A stretch of DNA of 64,000 nucleotides from Enoplolaimus lenunculus. Taxonomy: Eukaryota. The notes under the pieces are model-generated. The model was not told the DNA's origin and made no database searches. It saw only the letters and a list, made by a program, of their open reading frames with translations. Made by a program: the position numbers and the translations under genes. This document shows, piece by piece, positions 40,701 to 55,700 of this stretch. How positions within the stretch are numbered: position 1 is the first letter of the stretch; each line of letters begins with the position of its first letter. Location: NCBI GenBank assembly GCA_030248215.1, contig JASANG010003338.1, positions 62,001-126,000 of the forward strand, read 5' to 3'.

Positions 40701-43700
40701 TTTTCAAATTGCAGTCACATTTTGATAATCACCGGAATAATTTTCTGCTCCGCTAGATGCTCTTCAAGTAACAGCTGAGAATACATAATTACTAAGAAAA
40801 AACAAAGAGATGTACAAACAAACGAAACAGCAGGCAAAATCTGAGTTCAATCACCTTAAAAACTCATAACCGAAAAATCGGAATTCCGGCATTGGAATTG
40901 CAGCTAGCGGAATCAGAATCAGAACCCAAATTTTGTCGGAATTTTAGCCGGAATCAAAAATCCGTGGGAATCCGGGAAACTGGCAAGTAATCGCGTAGCC
41001 TGATATGTGGTGCTTTGCAAAAGACTGCAAAACACCAGTGCAATTATTACCCTTTCTTCGGCTCCTGTATAGGTTTGAAAAAATTTAAACATACGTAATT
41101 TATACGCAGTGTCTATAGATACATCTGGGTTTTGGTGCAAGTATTCTGAATTATAGGCTTGACATGGAATCAGGAGTGTTAAAAAGCTATAGTATTGATG
41201 CTGGACTGTCGAAAGCTGCAGGTAAAATATGTTTAATATTTTGTTCTGTACCGTCTAATGCGTATTTAGCAAATTTTTGTGTAGATTAGTTTAGTGGAAG
41301 GATTTTCACTCAGGTATCTATGTAATTGGCAAAATTGTGCTTTTATTTATAGACAAGTTATTAATGCCCTAGTTGTCTAGAGCGATTTTAATATTGTAGG
41401 CATTTGTAACGAAGAAAGCGACCCTTTGATTACAGTACGTTTGGAAACAAGCCCGTTTCAAGATGAATCATTAGTTCATTTAACGTTCAACAGTTTGGAC
41501 ATATCATGTAGGTACCATACTTGACTGTTGTTTGACTGTTGTTAATTTGACGGTTGAACCTTTGATTTTCAAGAAATTTATTCTTAATTTATTCTTAAAC
41601 ATGTGTGACGGGTGTGTTGACTGTTAATGTAATATTTGGAATTGTTTTAAATTGTAAGCAGGATGCGACCGGATACATGCTTTCAATAAAACGTGTTATC
41701 TTAACATTACAATATATCGAGCAACATTGAACAGTTTCTCGATTATATCTAGCAGATATGTTCGATTTGCATATTTGCAGTAAACCAAGTCACAATCATT
41801 GCTCTTATGTCGTTTTTCGAAGCTCTTTTTCCGAATCAAACATATACAACCGAAGACAACAGTATACACCAACCGGTTACTTTTTCAAGTTCGTATACAG
41901 AAGTGGAAACTGAGGTTACTATTTATTGGCTGGGTTTCTGCAACCTTATTTAAGTTTACTAAGTTTTGCTTAAATACTTACTTAAGTCATTGACGTAAGT
42001 AAATATGGATAAAAAGGAAGAATTGCAAGTCATGGAACAGTGCCATACCAAGGAAGCCACAGATTTGCTTTATACTAAAGTGGTTCTATGGGTTTACAAT
42101 CTCAATTAAACCAAAGACAGTATGCCACAACCGTTACCCTGTAATTTATTAAATTTAGTGAGTGACTTACGTATTTACTTTAAAGTATAGTTTCAAAAAC
42201 TATAAGTTGTTTAAGTGGTTACTTTGTAAATACTTAAGTATGAATACGCGCTTAAATAGGTTTTCAGGAACCCAACAATTATTATTAATATTCATTTTTT
42301 CTCGTGGTTGTTTTATCACTATGTAGTTTAATAATAGCAGTATTATTAGTTTTATTCGGGTTGTGTCAAGAGTCGGTGATGACTCTAAGACAAAAGAAGG
42401 AAATTTTCGAAAAATTGTATGTACAATATGTACCAGCATCTTGTTGTGTTTTGGCAGCTTCACGTTTTAGAATATAAGCGGAGCGTTATGTTTTTGCTGC
42501 GCACAGTGCCATTATTTATCAAGGCTCGCACAAAATGTACCCTTATAAATGATGGCGTAGGCAAAATAACACAGCGCATTGGACACAGAATGTAGCCAGT
42601 TGCGTGCTATCGTCTGAGAGTAGTGATCATCCACCCTTGGTTGTATTCATTGCAGTATTGCATAGTGGTTTTACTGATTCAGGTCATTGGTGATTGGAAA
42701 ATTACAGCTTGGTTCGGTAGTCTAAATATGCTACTCTATCAGGAAATGCAGGAAGATATTACAACTGGCTCGCCAAGTATCTCACTGTTAACGCCGACAA
42801 GGAAAATTTCGTCTGTTACGATTCATGGGTGCAGTCTAGAAATCAAAACAGGTTAGTTGGCACAATTTGCACGATTAAGTTAAGGGAATTCTCCGTATTT
42901 ATATAAATTTTAAGCTATAAAACTAACGAATTAACTCATTCTTACCGCCAACAGTTAATGTTTTTTCTAATATATTCGATAGTTCACTATTCGACGACAA
43001 TGAATCTGTCCTATTCTTCTGCATCTTTCCACAACGTTTTACCATGTAGATCGACAAAGCCTGCAATAATATACCCAAGTTATAAAATTTTTTACATATC
43101 AACTCAGTACATCCGCCTAAATTAATATATGGGGGCCTGTCATTGACAAAGTTGGGCTTAGACCGGGGTTGTTTAGGTTTAGGCTGCGTAGGCAGGCTCT
43201 GTAAAGAACCTGGCCTAACATTTTTGTTGTTTGCAGACGGTTTGAACCTAGATATATTTCAACAATAGTTTAGCTAGTTTTTATATGGTCGCATACGAAA
43301 AAAACCAAAGTGGGTGACGTTTCAAAAAGTTATATGTGTAGAACTGTAATTCTAGAGCTAGGAAATGGAATCAGTAAAATTTTTACGGTGACTCATTTAT
43401 TTGTTTTGCTCAAAACTTTGTTTTAAAGTTGATTAGTAATACAGCGTTACGGTTGTTTGTTGAGCATACTCTTGTACTCTTCCACAACACTTACGTTTTG
43501 GCTTAAGCGCAGGACATGGTTTACGCATGCCTAAGGCTTTTGCTTTAACCTCAAATGTGTTGGGAAAGAATACATAAGCTCATTGATTGCATTATTTTAA
43601 GGTGATGCTGGTCAGAAACTATCGGGATGTCTTAACGGCTTACAAATGCTTGACTTGGTGCGTGGTGTGAAAGTTGTTGACTTTGGGCTAAATGATACAG

Positions 43701-46700
43701 CTAACTGGATACAACGGGGCAATGACAGTATGCCGAAAACTCAAGGGTCTCGGGCAGACGCCACCCAAGCAATTGTTTTCGAACTCTCGTTGCTGAATGG
43801 TAGCGCGTCAGACTACGGTGGATTCAAAAAGTTAACGCTCACCGCTGCATCGTTATCGTATATTTATTCGCCAGAATTTTTAGATGATTGCGTTGCTTGT
43901 TACGATAAAATTATTGCTGCTATGACGGAAATTTCGTCAAAAAAATCTCGGCACGAATTCAGTATTGTTGAGCGTGTCGGGGTTAATGCTGTTACAACCG
44001 ATGAGGACTCTTATGCTGAGTTAACTGATAAATTGCAGCTGACCTATGAGCTTTTGCTTCTACAGCCTGTTGTTGTGTTTGTACCGCCTGCGAAGCAACT
44101 TGAGTGTCAATCAAAACAAAGATGCACTGAATTTGATGTGATTGTATTGCAGTTGGGCAATGTGAAGATTTGTGTAAGTAATTGTATTAGTTTTACAATA
44201 CACGACGATACAAGTTGTGTGTTTGTAAAACAGGGTTTATTATTAGTTATGCTTAGCGTTAGGTTCACTCTTTTTAGAGTTCATATTGATCAAATAGTTT
44301 GTGAAGCAGAGCTTGCATTAGACTGAAATATTTTAACTGGGATGGGGTGAGCTTTGTCGCTGTAACCCGACTGAGTTTTGATTTTTTATCTTTCTTACTA
44401 GTGTTATGCATCTTAGCTTGAGATTTTGTTGTGTTTTTATGTTTTTTCAGTGTATTTTTTATCAATAATTATATTTCAGAGCGCGAAACCTTCAGAAGTA
44501 GGTCTTTCAAATGTGTATCAAACAACGACGGCGTTAACGATATCTGTTTCTGGTGCTGGTGCGTGCAGTTGCTCGGCTAAACTAGCGACAAGTGGATGCG
44601 GATTGCCTGGTGTACTACGTCAACCGTCCAGTCAAACGCTATTGTCCGATTGTGAGTTAGATATCGTTCTATGTTTTGGAACGCGCAGGTCAACGGTAAA
44701 AGGGGAAATCGATTTACTGGATTTGTACCCAGTTTTCGAAATCCCCTTTGTTCGGAACAAAAACGTACTTGAGTGTAGCGAAGAATATGAATTGCCAGGA
44801 TCAGAAGAACAATCCAAACCGAAAAACAACATTCCATCGAATAACATTCAGGTTGACGTTACGGCAAGAGCCGGTATTCATTTGTCGATGCTACGGTCGG
44901 AGTACGATTCGATTATGGCGTTGGTCGATAGTTTGGGTGATCGAGCCGAGATGGAGACGGAAATGGAAAATACTGCACAACAACTGGCTACAGCTTTAGT
45001 ATGCAATTTTAAAGTAGGTGATGTTTCAAAGACTTTGTTGTGTATGCTGTGCTTTAAACTGTATTAATTTCTACAGCGTAGTCCAATAAGAAAGATGTTA
45101 ATTTCTGTGGTTGTGTTATTAGCTGATCTTCAGCCCGATAATTTGTGAAAGATGAATTTGTAATGGTTTCTCCTATTTGTTTTATAAAATTTATGGTTAG
45201 AAAAATTATGTTTCACTACGTCTTTACACCTCGTTTTTTGCAAGTGCGCGCGTTGGTGCTCCTGGTACGAATTAGAGCATTCAATTGCAACAGCTGTCGT
45301 GCATATGCATGTACTACTCTTGAACATAGTTATTGCTCTCGCGATTGTATTGTTTTAAAGTGAGATATAAATTTGCCGAAGGATAGTAATATTTACTATT
45401 TTGGAGCTGCAAGCTATTAATAGGCTGTCCAAAAAGTAACTTAATCAGTTTTCAGTGTAAGCGTATCTGGCATACGGTTGTACTTGGTAGTCGTTTTTGA
45501 AAATGTTTCAATTATACATACAATCTAAGTACGCTTGCTTCATTTGAGGTTTATGACGCTTTTTAGATAGTATGCAAAGTTGTTGTTACAATATTTTCAG
45601 ACTGATGAATTACGTTTATCGTTTCGTAGTCTTTTGAGTGAAAAACAATCGCCGTTTATTACCACATCTCTGGAAGCGCTCTCAGTGGATTACAAGAAGT
45701 TTACGCGTGACTCGGCATCAATTGTGGTGAGGCCTAGTGTATGATTGGCTCGATTCAACAAAGGGCGTTGCATGTTGTAATCCGTTTTATGTTGCAATAT
45801 AGTGAAAGTCAATGTTTATATGGTCTTGAAGTTTTTTCTATTTATCTTTGTTGGTACTATGAAATGTTCTGTTAAGTCTTGGTCAGCTCGCTTTGGTGTT
45901 CAGGACGTGTTCCCTGTCTCGCTTTTGGAGATTTGTTTTAGCTGGTTTTGAAACCTAGATAGGAATTTTCAGGAACCAGTAATGATCAATTAAACATTGC
46001 AAATGTGTTTCGGTTACCAAAAAATTAGCAAACAATGGTGTCGGCCTCAGTATGCCTAGTCTCATTCTTAATGCCGGTCTTCGGGTTCACCATTCCTAGT
46101 GCGGTAAAAATGTGAAATTAATGCTGTGTGAACGCAACCAATTTGTAAAAAAACTTAAAATACAGGTCGTTCGCTTTGCATAGAAACTTCTTTAAAACGT
46201 GATCGCGTTGGCCCCAAAAATGTACATTCTGCTAGTATTAACAGATTGCTACTGGTATGATATTTGCTGAAGACTGTGTTATGACTCCGGATGCCGCTGG
46301 ACATAAGATACCATTGTTGACGTGTAAACGGAGTGAATCATTGGTGAGTAACTCATTTTTATGATGCACAGGCGAAGGTGTATGATGTCACGGAGATATA
46401 AAATTTGTTCACTACTGCAGCGCTGAATCAGACTACGTATTTGTGCTTCAAACATTTTTGTTTTACTGTAGAATCTGTAAGGAAAGGTGAAAAGAATACA
46501 TGCTTGCCCTTTGCTCAGAGCTCAGTCTGATAGCTGGAATTTTGCGTGAGTGCTTGGTTGTTCATGAGCTAAAATATGGATCAGAAAACAGACTGTTATC
46601 AAACTAAATCGATTTAGGCCGGCATCGCTAGAAGATTATAATATTCAATGATAACTCTGTATGGTAATATTTTATGGTTAATTTCAGCAGGATCGAATGT

Positions 46701-49700
46701 ATGTGTCGAACTCATGCCCTGATATATCGTATCTTGGAGCGCATGACAACTATGCTTCGTATTCAACATCACTTCCGCTCGAAAGCACTCCAGGTGCGGA
46801 CCGTTTTTATAATAAATGCCTGGAGCCAAACGAAATTCATATTCCGGTTAAAACTTTGATTCAAAACCAGTTGCAAATCTGATTCCTATGACATGTATGA
46901 CCGGGATCGGATTAGGAATTTTTCAATCGATTGCTTTCTTATTTATGTTAATGTATCTTAATATTGATTCTGCTATTTAACTGCGCATAACGGGGTTTGA
47001 AAATTTCTGGTTCGTATTGTTTCCAGTTCTGACATAAAATTCTGCTATCTGTTTCGATTTCGATGTAATTTAGTTCCGTTTAGCACTATGATTAACGTTA
47101 TAATATTTTTCGGGAGCAAACGTGTGAGAGGTTATCGAAATTTGTTAATGTTTTGTGTTTAGAACCAGGAGACACTTGACGCTAGCACGCAATGTGTTAG
47201 ACCCCTGTTCTAGTTGTAGAATTTTTGTACTTTTTACTACATAGTTATGTAGATATGCAGTGTTTTTCCTTTAAGGCCAAATAGTGTTCTGGCTTAATTC
47301 TAATTGACATACCTGTTGTAGTATTGGGAATTGTAAATTTTATTGACCGCATCGTTAACTAGTAAGTATCGTTGCAAAGTACAGCAATCAGGTTTATTGT
47401 TGGCACAGTATTGTTTGGGAAATCTCAAGTGAGGGTTTCTATCTAAACGTTTAAATAATTTGTTGTCAAAATTTGGAGGTCGGCACAAAATTACTCAAGT
47501 ATTGCAGAGATTAGCGCTGTTGCGAATGTGTCACCAACATCACATAACGTGAGCAGAAGGTCATCTAGACATTCAACCGCTACTAGCCGTGATGAAAAAT
47601 GTGTTGCTGTCGAAGTTTTGATCATTGATAAAGATGCTACTCAGTTGCGCCAAAAGTTTGATATGGTAAGCGTTGTAAAAAGACAGTGTTAAACGTTGTC
47701 ACAATTAAAGTAGCCTGATCCGAAATGTCTTGTCTAACTGTGCCTAAATTCTGATGTAATCCAGTCGCTGGCCCACAATATACCAATGTTCTCCAAGTTT
47801 TCCACAAACCGTGTAATTCTTACCCCGTTAGAATTGCTCCAAATTTCTCCAGAAGCCGTGCAATTATAATTTGTTAGAATTACACTGAATCCTGCGCAAA
47901 CTAACCCCGTTAGAATGGCTTTCTCCGGTTTAAGAATAGTGAAACTCAACTCCGCGCAATGCGCAACACAAAATACAGCAACAACGACCGTAATTTCCTT
48001 CAGATCTCAAGCCACCGTGGCAACGTTAACCAAAATAATCCTAAGTTCAAACCAAAATATCCTTAGAATCCGCAACCTAAGAACACGCGATTAAACGCGG
48101 AATTAACTTAAAAGTACTGGTTCCGGTTCCGGCTACCCCTCTGGGTATCTCGACCTAATTTGGGTCCGTGTAGTATCCCATATTAGGTTCGACACATAGA
48201 AACGACAACAACAATATTATGCAACAATCGCTAGACAACCATATTGGGTGCTGACATATCCTAGCTATGTCGTTATGTGTAAAAATAGCCAAAGATAGTT
48301 TAAAACATTAATCAATGGTCACGCAGTACCCAAGTAACATCTACATTGCGGCAGAGCCACCATAACCTCGACTTTATATGTTTACGCCCTAAAGCAACGC
48401 CTAAACCTAACTTAAGTTCTAAGACTGACTAGGTGAAGCCAGGCACTCGCTTAAGGTGTGGTTTTGCGTCTGGTTTTAGTTTTTAGTTTGAAATATAATT
48501 GAGAGTGGCACAGCCACATGCAAGGGTGAAATAGAGCTCTTCTCCTTTGTTTTGTCTTTTATTTTTTGTACTTTTGGATTGCATCTTTGTTCGTTTTAAG
48601 CCGACTAGCGAGTCCTGAGGGTTCAAGATTGCAGACTAATCTCATTAGACTGTTCTATGCATTAAATAAACTTGTCTTTTCTTTTTGCTGCAGATATCGA
48701 GGGTGAAAGTTGAACCACTGGAAATTTGTTGAGGGTGGCATATCTGGATAGATGTTCTGTGTTATATATTTGATCATGTGTATGTGTAAGGAGACCGAAA
48801 ATATTTTCATCCAACCTTTTCAGAGATTTTCAATGCACTGTGGCGATTAATAATTTACAATTAAACAGCTAAAATGGCATGACATTTAAAAAATTTAAAA
48901 AATTTGAGAACATAATATAGCGATGTGAATTCCGGTTGCGATATCTATTACCGCAAAAATTCAATACTCCTGATGCTTTAAATCCTGACGAAAGGTGTTT
49001 TTTTGCTGTCCTGTGCTATATCTAAAACTGAACAATGTATTTCTCTGTATAGCGTATCGCCTTGCTTTATACTTTACCTGTTTTTATTTTGTAGAACTTT
49101 TTCATGCTGTTACAGTAACCGGATGATGTGAATACTATCCGCATTCATTTATTAGTAACAGGGGGATCCAAAAGGTGTTGACGGGAGCGTGTTCGCAAAT
49201 GTTATGAAACGTAAAAATTGTAAGGTAGGAACCTTATTATTTTGTCTCCAAAATTTTCTGCGAAGAAAATTTGTAAGATTTTTTCACAAAAAAATTCTGA
49301 AGTGAAAATTTATATTTTTTACAAAAAATTTTGAGTTGAAAAATGGTTTAATTCTGACGCAGACATACGCCCCCCTCAGGATCCGCTCATGATTAGAAAC
49401 GAAACTATTCAAATTTAGCCAAGTTCATATTGTTATTATTAACGATTAAGCAATTGTGTTTCGTGTTCTGCAACTGTTCAGTGTTGTTTCAGTAGTATTC
49501 TTCATTCCACCCTGCAGGGCGACCGAATGTTCGTTTGCCAAATCTGAAATATGTAGAAAGTGTATTAAAAAGTATATTATATAGTGTAGTTTAATCGTAT
49601 TTTACCGCGTTCAGTTTAAAGAACCTGGAACTTTGAGCAGAAAGGAGTGTGTTTCGATCATATGGGACGTATGAAATGTGTTTTGCGCGTGCAAAAGTTA

Positions 49701-52700
49701 CTTAACCATCTATTTTAGGCTCAGCAGCGCAAACATGATAAGAATATACTGTTTTATTAGCATTAACTTGATTTTAAACGTGAGCCACATACGAATAGTT
49801 TAATATAATAGGAACAGAATAATTTTTAAAAAGTCTGTATGTAGTGGCGTTTCTTGATTTCAAGGTTACGTCTGCTTTCATGCGAAAAATTCAGTTTTAA
49901 AAAACTTAGCAAATTATATTGGCTTGGGAGTAATGGAATGCGCTAACTTCATGTTACTCATGAAGCCCTATTCACACGTGCAAGTTTTTGCTGCGAGAAC
50001 TTGCAGCTGCAACTTGCGCTTGCAAGTTTTGTCCAAAATGCCGTTCGAAAAACTTGCAGCTGCAAATAGTTCATTAATAATCATAGCTAGGAATTTTGAT
50101 CACATGTGTGAACAACCATGCAAATTCGCTGAATTTATTACAGCCGCTTTCTCTATGGCCGATGAAAAATGCATGTTCTGCGTGCAATCTGCAGCTGCAA
50201 GCTCTCGTAGCAAAAACTTGCACGTGTGAATAGAGCTTAAGACTATCCATAATCACCTTATAACAAAAATGTTAGGCGTTTCTGTCAGTTGTTTATATTC
50301 TGCTATCGTCGTGCTTTTGCTGGTGCTACGTTATTCATCGTCAGAGATGAAATTTTGAGTGATGCACTATATGGTTTTTTGCTGTGAAAAATAGCTAACA
50401 GTGATGTCGTTTCACTGTGACGAAACGCTGCAATAACTGCAGAAGGGTTCATCAATTTTTTGGTTAGTAATTGTTTTCTGGTTGTGTAGTAATCAGTTAA
50501 TTTTCTTGGGTGCAGTCGGATACCAAAAAATACCAGAGCCGAAGCAGGATATGTATTTTAGCTGTGATTTGTTATGTTTTTGCTCATGGTTTTATGATTC
50601 TGATTTGGGGTGTTCACCCGCGTTTTAATAAACCCGCTGAAATTGAAAAACTTGCCGGAAAATCTACCCGGATCTACTATAAATTTATCCACTCCTGTAG
50701 AATCAAATTAAGATTTAAGATTAACTACAAAGCGCGTCTACCTTCTTTTTCGCTTCGCTTACGAGCTTTTTGGTTAAATAAAGTTGCGCTTGGTTTCTCG
50801 CTCGCTTCACTCATGATTTTAGGTTCATTATTATTATTATATTATTATTATTATTATTATTATATTATTATGATATGTTTCGGTTGCGCTCCTCCCTATC
50901 AGAAATTTCCGGATCAACACTGACAAAAGCATGGCTGTCGTGTAGACTTATTTTGGTGTTAGCTGCTATACCCCTGCTTCCAAATGATTTTCGGAAAATA
51001 ACTTACAGAAATCTAACTTGAAATATATAATTATATTTACAGTGTTATTTCTGCTACGTTTACGCACTGTCTTGTGACCCACGAAAAAGCCCACTATGAT
51101 TTTTGAACAAAAAGCCTATTCTTGCTTCTACAAAACTTGTAGTATAGAGGTATTGTCATACTCTTTGATGGAAAATATCTTATAAAGTAGAATGATGGCG
51201 ATGTCGCCGAAGCCAGATTTCGAATTTTTTGAACGAGCTGAAGCCGGATATCTAGTTGTTCCTGTGACTAACGACTTGTTTGTAAAAATAAACTTACCTC
51301 ATTCGACTGTTCAGATCGGTCTCATCTTTTAAATTCTGAAAATACTGTGTGAGTCCGTTCGCGTTGCGCCGTTGTCGAGTTTGAACGTCGTATGCATTTT
51401 GTTCGTTTTGTATCGGTGCGCTTATAACTTCGCTGAGAATACAAATTAGTACTGTCGCAGCAAATAAGATTGCTGAGACCCGATATTCGGTTTGCGATGC
51501 CATTATTGTTAGAAGTTTAAAATTTATTTGAATATTTTGTTAATAGTACTCTATTACTCTGTTAGGTAAGCCAAATGGTTTATATATCGAATAGGTTATG
51601 CTATGAAATCTGGTGTGGAGTCCGAGCTTCTAGCTTAAGAATTAACTTTTACGTGGTTTGCGTATATTTGTAGAATAAGACGTTGCGGTTGTATGCCTGC
51701 AAATATTTAAATTACTTGAACGCTTTCGAATTTAACAATAAGCACTAGTGAATTGGTATTGTTTTAATTACCATAGGTATATAACTCTCGTCCTATATTT
51801 CTGTGTCGCTCAGTAAACTGAAACTGTGTTTAAAAATTTACTTATTTTTAGCTTAAAATACATTAATTTTAACTTAATTGACGCTCAACGAGTCCTCTTT
51901 TTTAGTTTCAAATGAAAAATTCTTGAAGCTAAAAATGTGATATGAACGATTTGACAGCTGAAAAGTTTTTGTAACTAAATTGTCCCGTAACGTAACTCAA
52001 TAATCATTGTTCACTATGCAATAATGTCGTGATTGATTTTATTGTGAAGGAAAGGACTCTTTTCAGATTAAAATAATCTCTAATGAAGCTACTACCGTAG
52101 AAGGACAAGAAATTAAGCCGGAACCTTGCTAGACCTACATACATATTTTCTTCGAAATCGTAATAAATGAAAGCTGAACACGACCGCACTTTCTCGTGCT
52201 TATGTTTCGTCATTTTTGTTTTTGAGTATACAGCAATAGGGCAAGTTTTAATTTTGTAGGGCTTCTTGTATTTTATTGTGCGCAGGAAGCGATTGGATAT
52301 CCTATTCCGGTTTAAGACCTGGCAACAACAGATATTCATATCCGCGTACCGGCAGGGTTCCAAAAGGGTTACATTTCACAGGAAGCACGGGCCGGGCCAC
52401 GATTTTATTTGTCGCGGAATACGAACAAGAATTGGAATAGGAATTGCAAATGGATTGCATGGTCAAATTACTGCTAATAGACTACATCTAATAAGTTAAT
52501 ATCCGGTCGCAGTCTCTCTGTAAGCAATAAATAGCGATTAATTTTTACAATATGTTTATAGTGCTTGAAATTAACCGTTTCTTTGTTACGAGTGTCGGCT
52601 TCGATAAAAACTGCATCGAGAAGTTGAGGAATCAGTGCTGAGAAACATTGGTAATTAGTAATTTAAGGTTTTACGAACGAGACCTACAAAGAACTTTTCA

Positions 52701-55700
52701 ACTTGTTATAGAAAAGAAAAACTGAAATATTTGTCTAATGTTACTCACATTCATGGTATGCTAACGAAAAATACCGTTGCTTTTACTATGAAACAAACTC
52801 GCAAATATTTTAATGACACTTTCGAATACTGTTCATTTTATTGTCTGCTGATTTTTTGCTTAAATTTTGTCAGTTGTCAGAAACTCGATACTAAAATAGC
52901 GTTCGTTTCTCGGTATAATTTGGTTATCTGGCAGAATGATCGCAAACAGATACAATGTCACGCAACGGAATCCATCTAAAATTTGTTTGATTTGAACCCG
53001 GCCGAAGTTCAAACTTCCGTCCGACTGTTTATTGCTGGTCCTGTTGTGTTTTGTGCGCTTAATTTGGCTTGAGGATAATCATTAAAATTTTTACTGTTCC
53101 TTTGGCGACGAAACTGGCATTAGGTTAAATATTACAGTTTGCGGTATGGGTGTAGCCAGGATATATTTTTCGGGAGGGTTGGACATCGTGTATAAGACAT
53201 TTTTTGACTTATCCACGATCAAGAAGGTTCTTTTAAAGTCTGTTGAGAGTGCGTTTTCTTTTCTGTCGAGATGTTTCGGATTGGATATATTTCCTATCAC
53301 ACCTCTGGCTTGACGATTGCTTGGCAGATGAAAACATGCTACATTCTGAGTAACGGCACGCTTTTTCAAATAGAAGGTTTACAATTGTGTATGACTCGCA
53401 AAAATTAAGCGTTGATGAAGATCGAACAATGTCAACAGATAAAGTGATATATAGATTATAGAGCTGGTATTAAAAATAGTGAATAAAATTGTTTCAAACA
53501 GGAATTCAAAGCTTCTTCATAATTATGAATTATAAAATTAAAATTAGTTTAATGAAAGCCGACGACAAAAAACATTCTATTATGTTTTGCCTATATATCC
53601 GTTCTTTGTGCTTTGCGCAAGCAAGCAAGCAGTGTATTAGGTACTGTAGTTCGGAGTTTCAGCAGGAACAAAACTTAAATTACACAGGAAGTAGAATTAT
53701 GAATTGAATTTTTGTTGTCGGCTCAGAAATGAACGAAAAGTTGCAATAATTTTCAACGCCGAATTACTGTTTTACGATATTCTTTTCAGAAATCTAGCAA
53801 GAACGTATCTTAAGCTTATTTTAGCAGTTTGATCATCAAGTTTTTATTAATCTTGCAAAATTAGGCGTCAAATGTTTTTTGATCTGACTCTGACAGTTTA
53901 TTAATAAAATTAATTGATTTAAAGGGGCATTGACTTCGAATTATTCAAATTTAAAAATTCAACTACCATGTATATGTGTGTGTTGGTATTTCACAACTGT
54001 TAAAACTCGTCGTGGTTGTCGGTTCATGACTTTACACCAAGCTGAATAAAGCTTAAATTCGTGTGTAAAATGCAGATTTCGGATTGAACGAGTAGTTATT
54101 CTGGTTCTTATGTATTTCATGTGTAATCATTGGCAATGGAAAAGTTATTTAAACCTTTTGTGTTTCAGCAAAGTTAAAATGTTATCGTACTTGGATGTTT
54201 GTTTACATCCATCGTATATTATTAAGTTCGCTCGTTCAAATCTGAAAAATTATGCTGTCACATGTGGCTAAAATTGTTCCAGGTTTAAAGTAAGAATGGT
54301 CATTTGTTTTCAAGAACCAGACGAGGAATTAGGCAGTATATTCATCAGCGTGACGCGCATGCTGCTCTGCGTGACATTATTTTCTAAATATATTTCTTAG
54401 TTTTGGTTAATTATACTCAATGCTTGTCTGGTTTTAGTATTAATGCAAAGCGTCAGAGAAGCTTTAGCAGCCTATTTGTTGTCGCTGTTCTGTTTTTGGA
54501 GTGGAACTTTATTTTGGATGGTGAGCCATTGGACAAATGATAAAAGATTGATTGGTAGATGCCCGACAGCCTTTGTTGTAATGTGAATTTTTTATCATGA
54601 ACTTGTGTTTAACGTATACCATATATCCATGTCAAGAAACAATATCTGAAATTTCAAGCCGTCAAACTACGTATTGTAAAACTCTTGTTTAACACGAAAA
54701 ACTGTTGAATTCACATAAAATTTATATTTTACTCTGAGACAAAAAATTTAAAATCGAATCAAGCTTTCCGCTCACGAATTCTTCAAAACCTCAACCTTTT
54801 GCTGTAACTCTTGGTTGTCTAGACCCTCCGAATTGAAAATCCGGCTACGTTCCTGTACAGTATGGATGAAATGAACGAAATATATATGCAGTGTTCGTAA
54901 CTAAATAACGCAAAATAAGCAAAACTACGTATCTCTGTTTGAGATTTGCATATGAAGTCGTATTCATGATCGAAGTTCTATTAAAAATTGAAAATATTGT
55001 TTCATTAGATTTGGGTTGCATTTTGAAAATCAATGTTATTATTGTTAGCAAATTTCAACTTATTCTTGTACGCATATGTTGTGCAGTCGAAAAAAACCAC
55101 CAACAAAACAGAGGTCTATAAACGGATGATGTAAGCGCTGATTTAGGCGTTATTAAAAATATCAGATATCAAGTCAGGTCGAGAACAAATACAGTTATGC
55201 GATTTGGTGTGTTTGTTTTTAATTTGATTCGCCACTGGTAAACAAACCAATTTTCAGTGGTTGGCAAATTTTGACAGGGGCAGCCGTGCAACATATAATT
55301 GGGAAAAAGCTGACGAACGAGAAGCCAAACGTAATTTTACTTGTAAATCTTATTAGAAAATGTTGGCTTTAATCTTAGTTGGGGACTCGGCCTAGGTGGT
55401 GCCCCATTTGACTCCGGCAGTGCCTTACCGTCAGCTGTGGCATGTGCGTGATTTTTGGCTGTTTATGTTCTTGGACGTTGTTTATACGCTGCTATATTGC
55501 CGAAATTGCAGCAAAAGTCTAAGATTTTTAATTTGCTGTCGGTTTATGTCTGTGGCACACGCGCGTCACTGACATCGCAAGAATTGTCTTGCAATGTTTG
55601 CTTCGTCGTTCAGTTGCAGTGCAATTGTAGAAAAAATATTTCAATTGAATGACTCTGTGCTGTATTGTGTTGCCTTTAAAAATAGTTTTTTTTTCGCCCG

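Noticed and set aside
50510..50923. 137-aa ORF with poly-Tyr
   Set aside because: Runs through a (TTA)n microsatellite in intronic DNA.
51170..51262. Nearby acceptors as exon 2 of the neuropeptide gene
   Set aside because: They imply 36-46 nt introns with poor pyrimidine tracts and give no amidation motif; the 49543 acceptor fits far better.
53146..54854. 1.7-kb hAT element defined by facing GTAGCC(A/G)GGAT ends
   Set aside because: No TSD and no transposase remnant; probably two independent MITE fragments.
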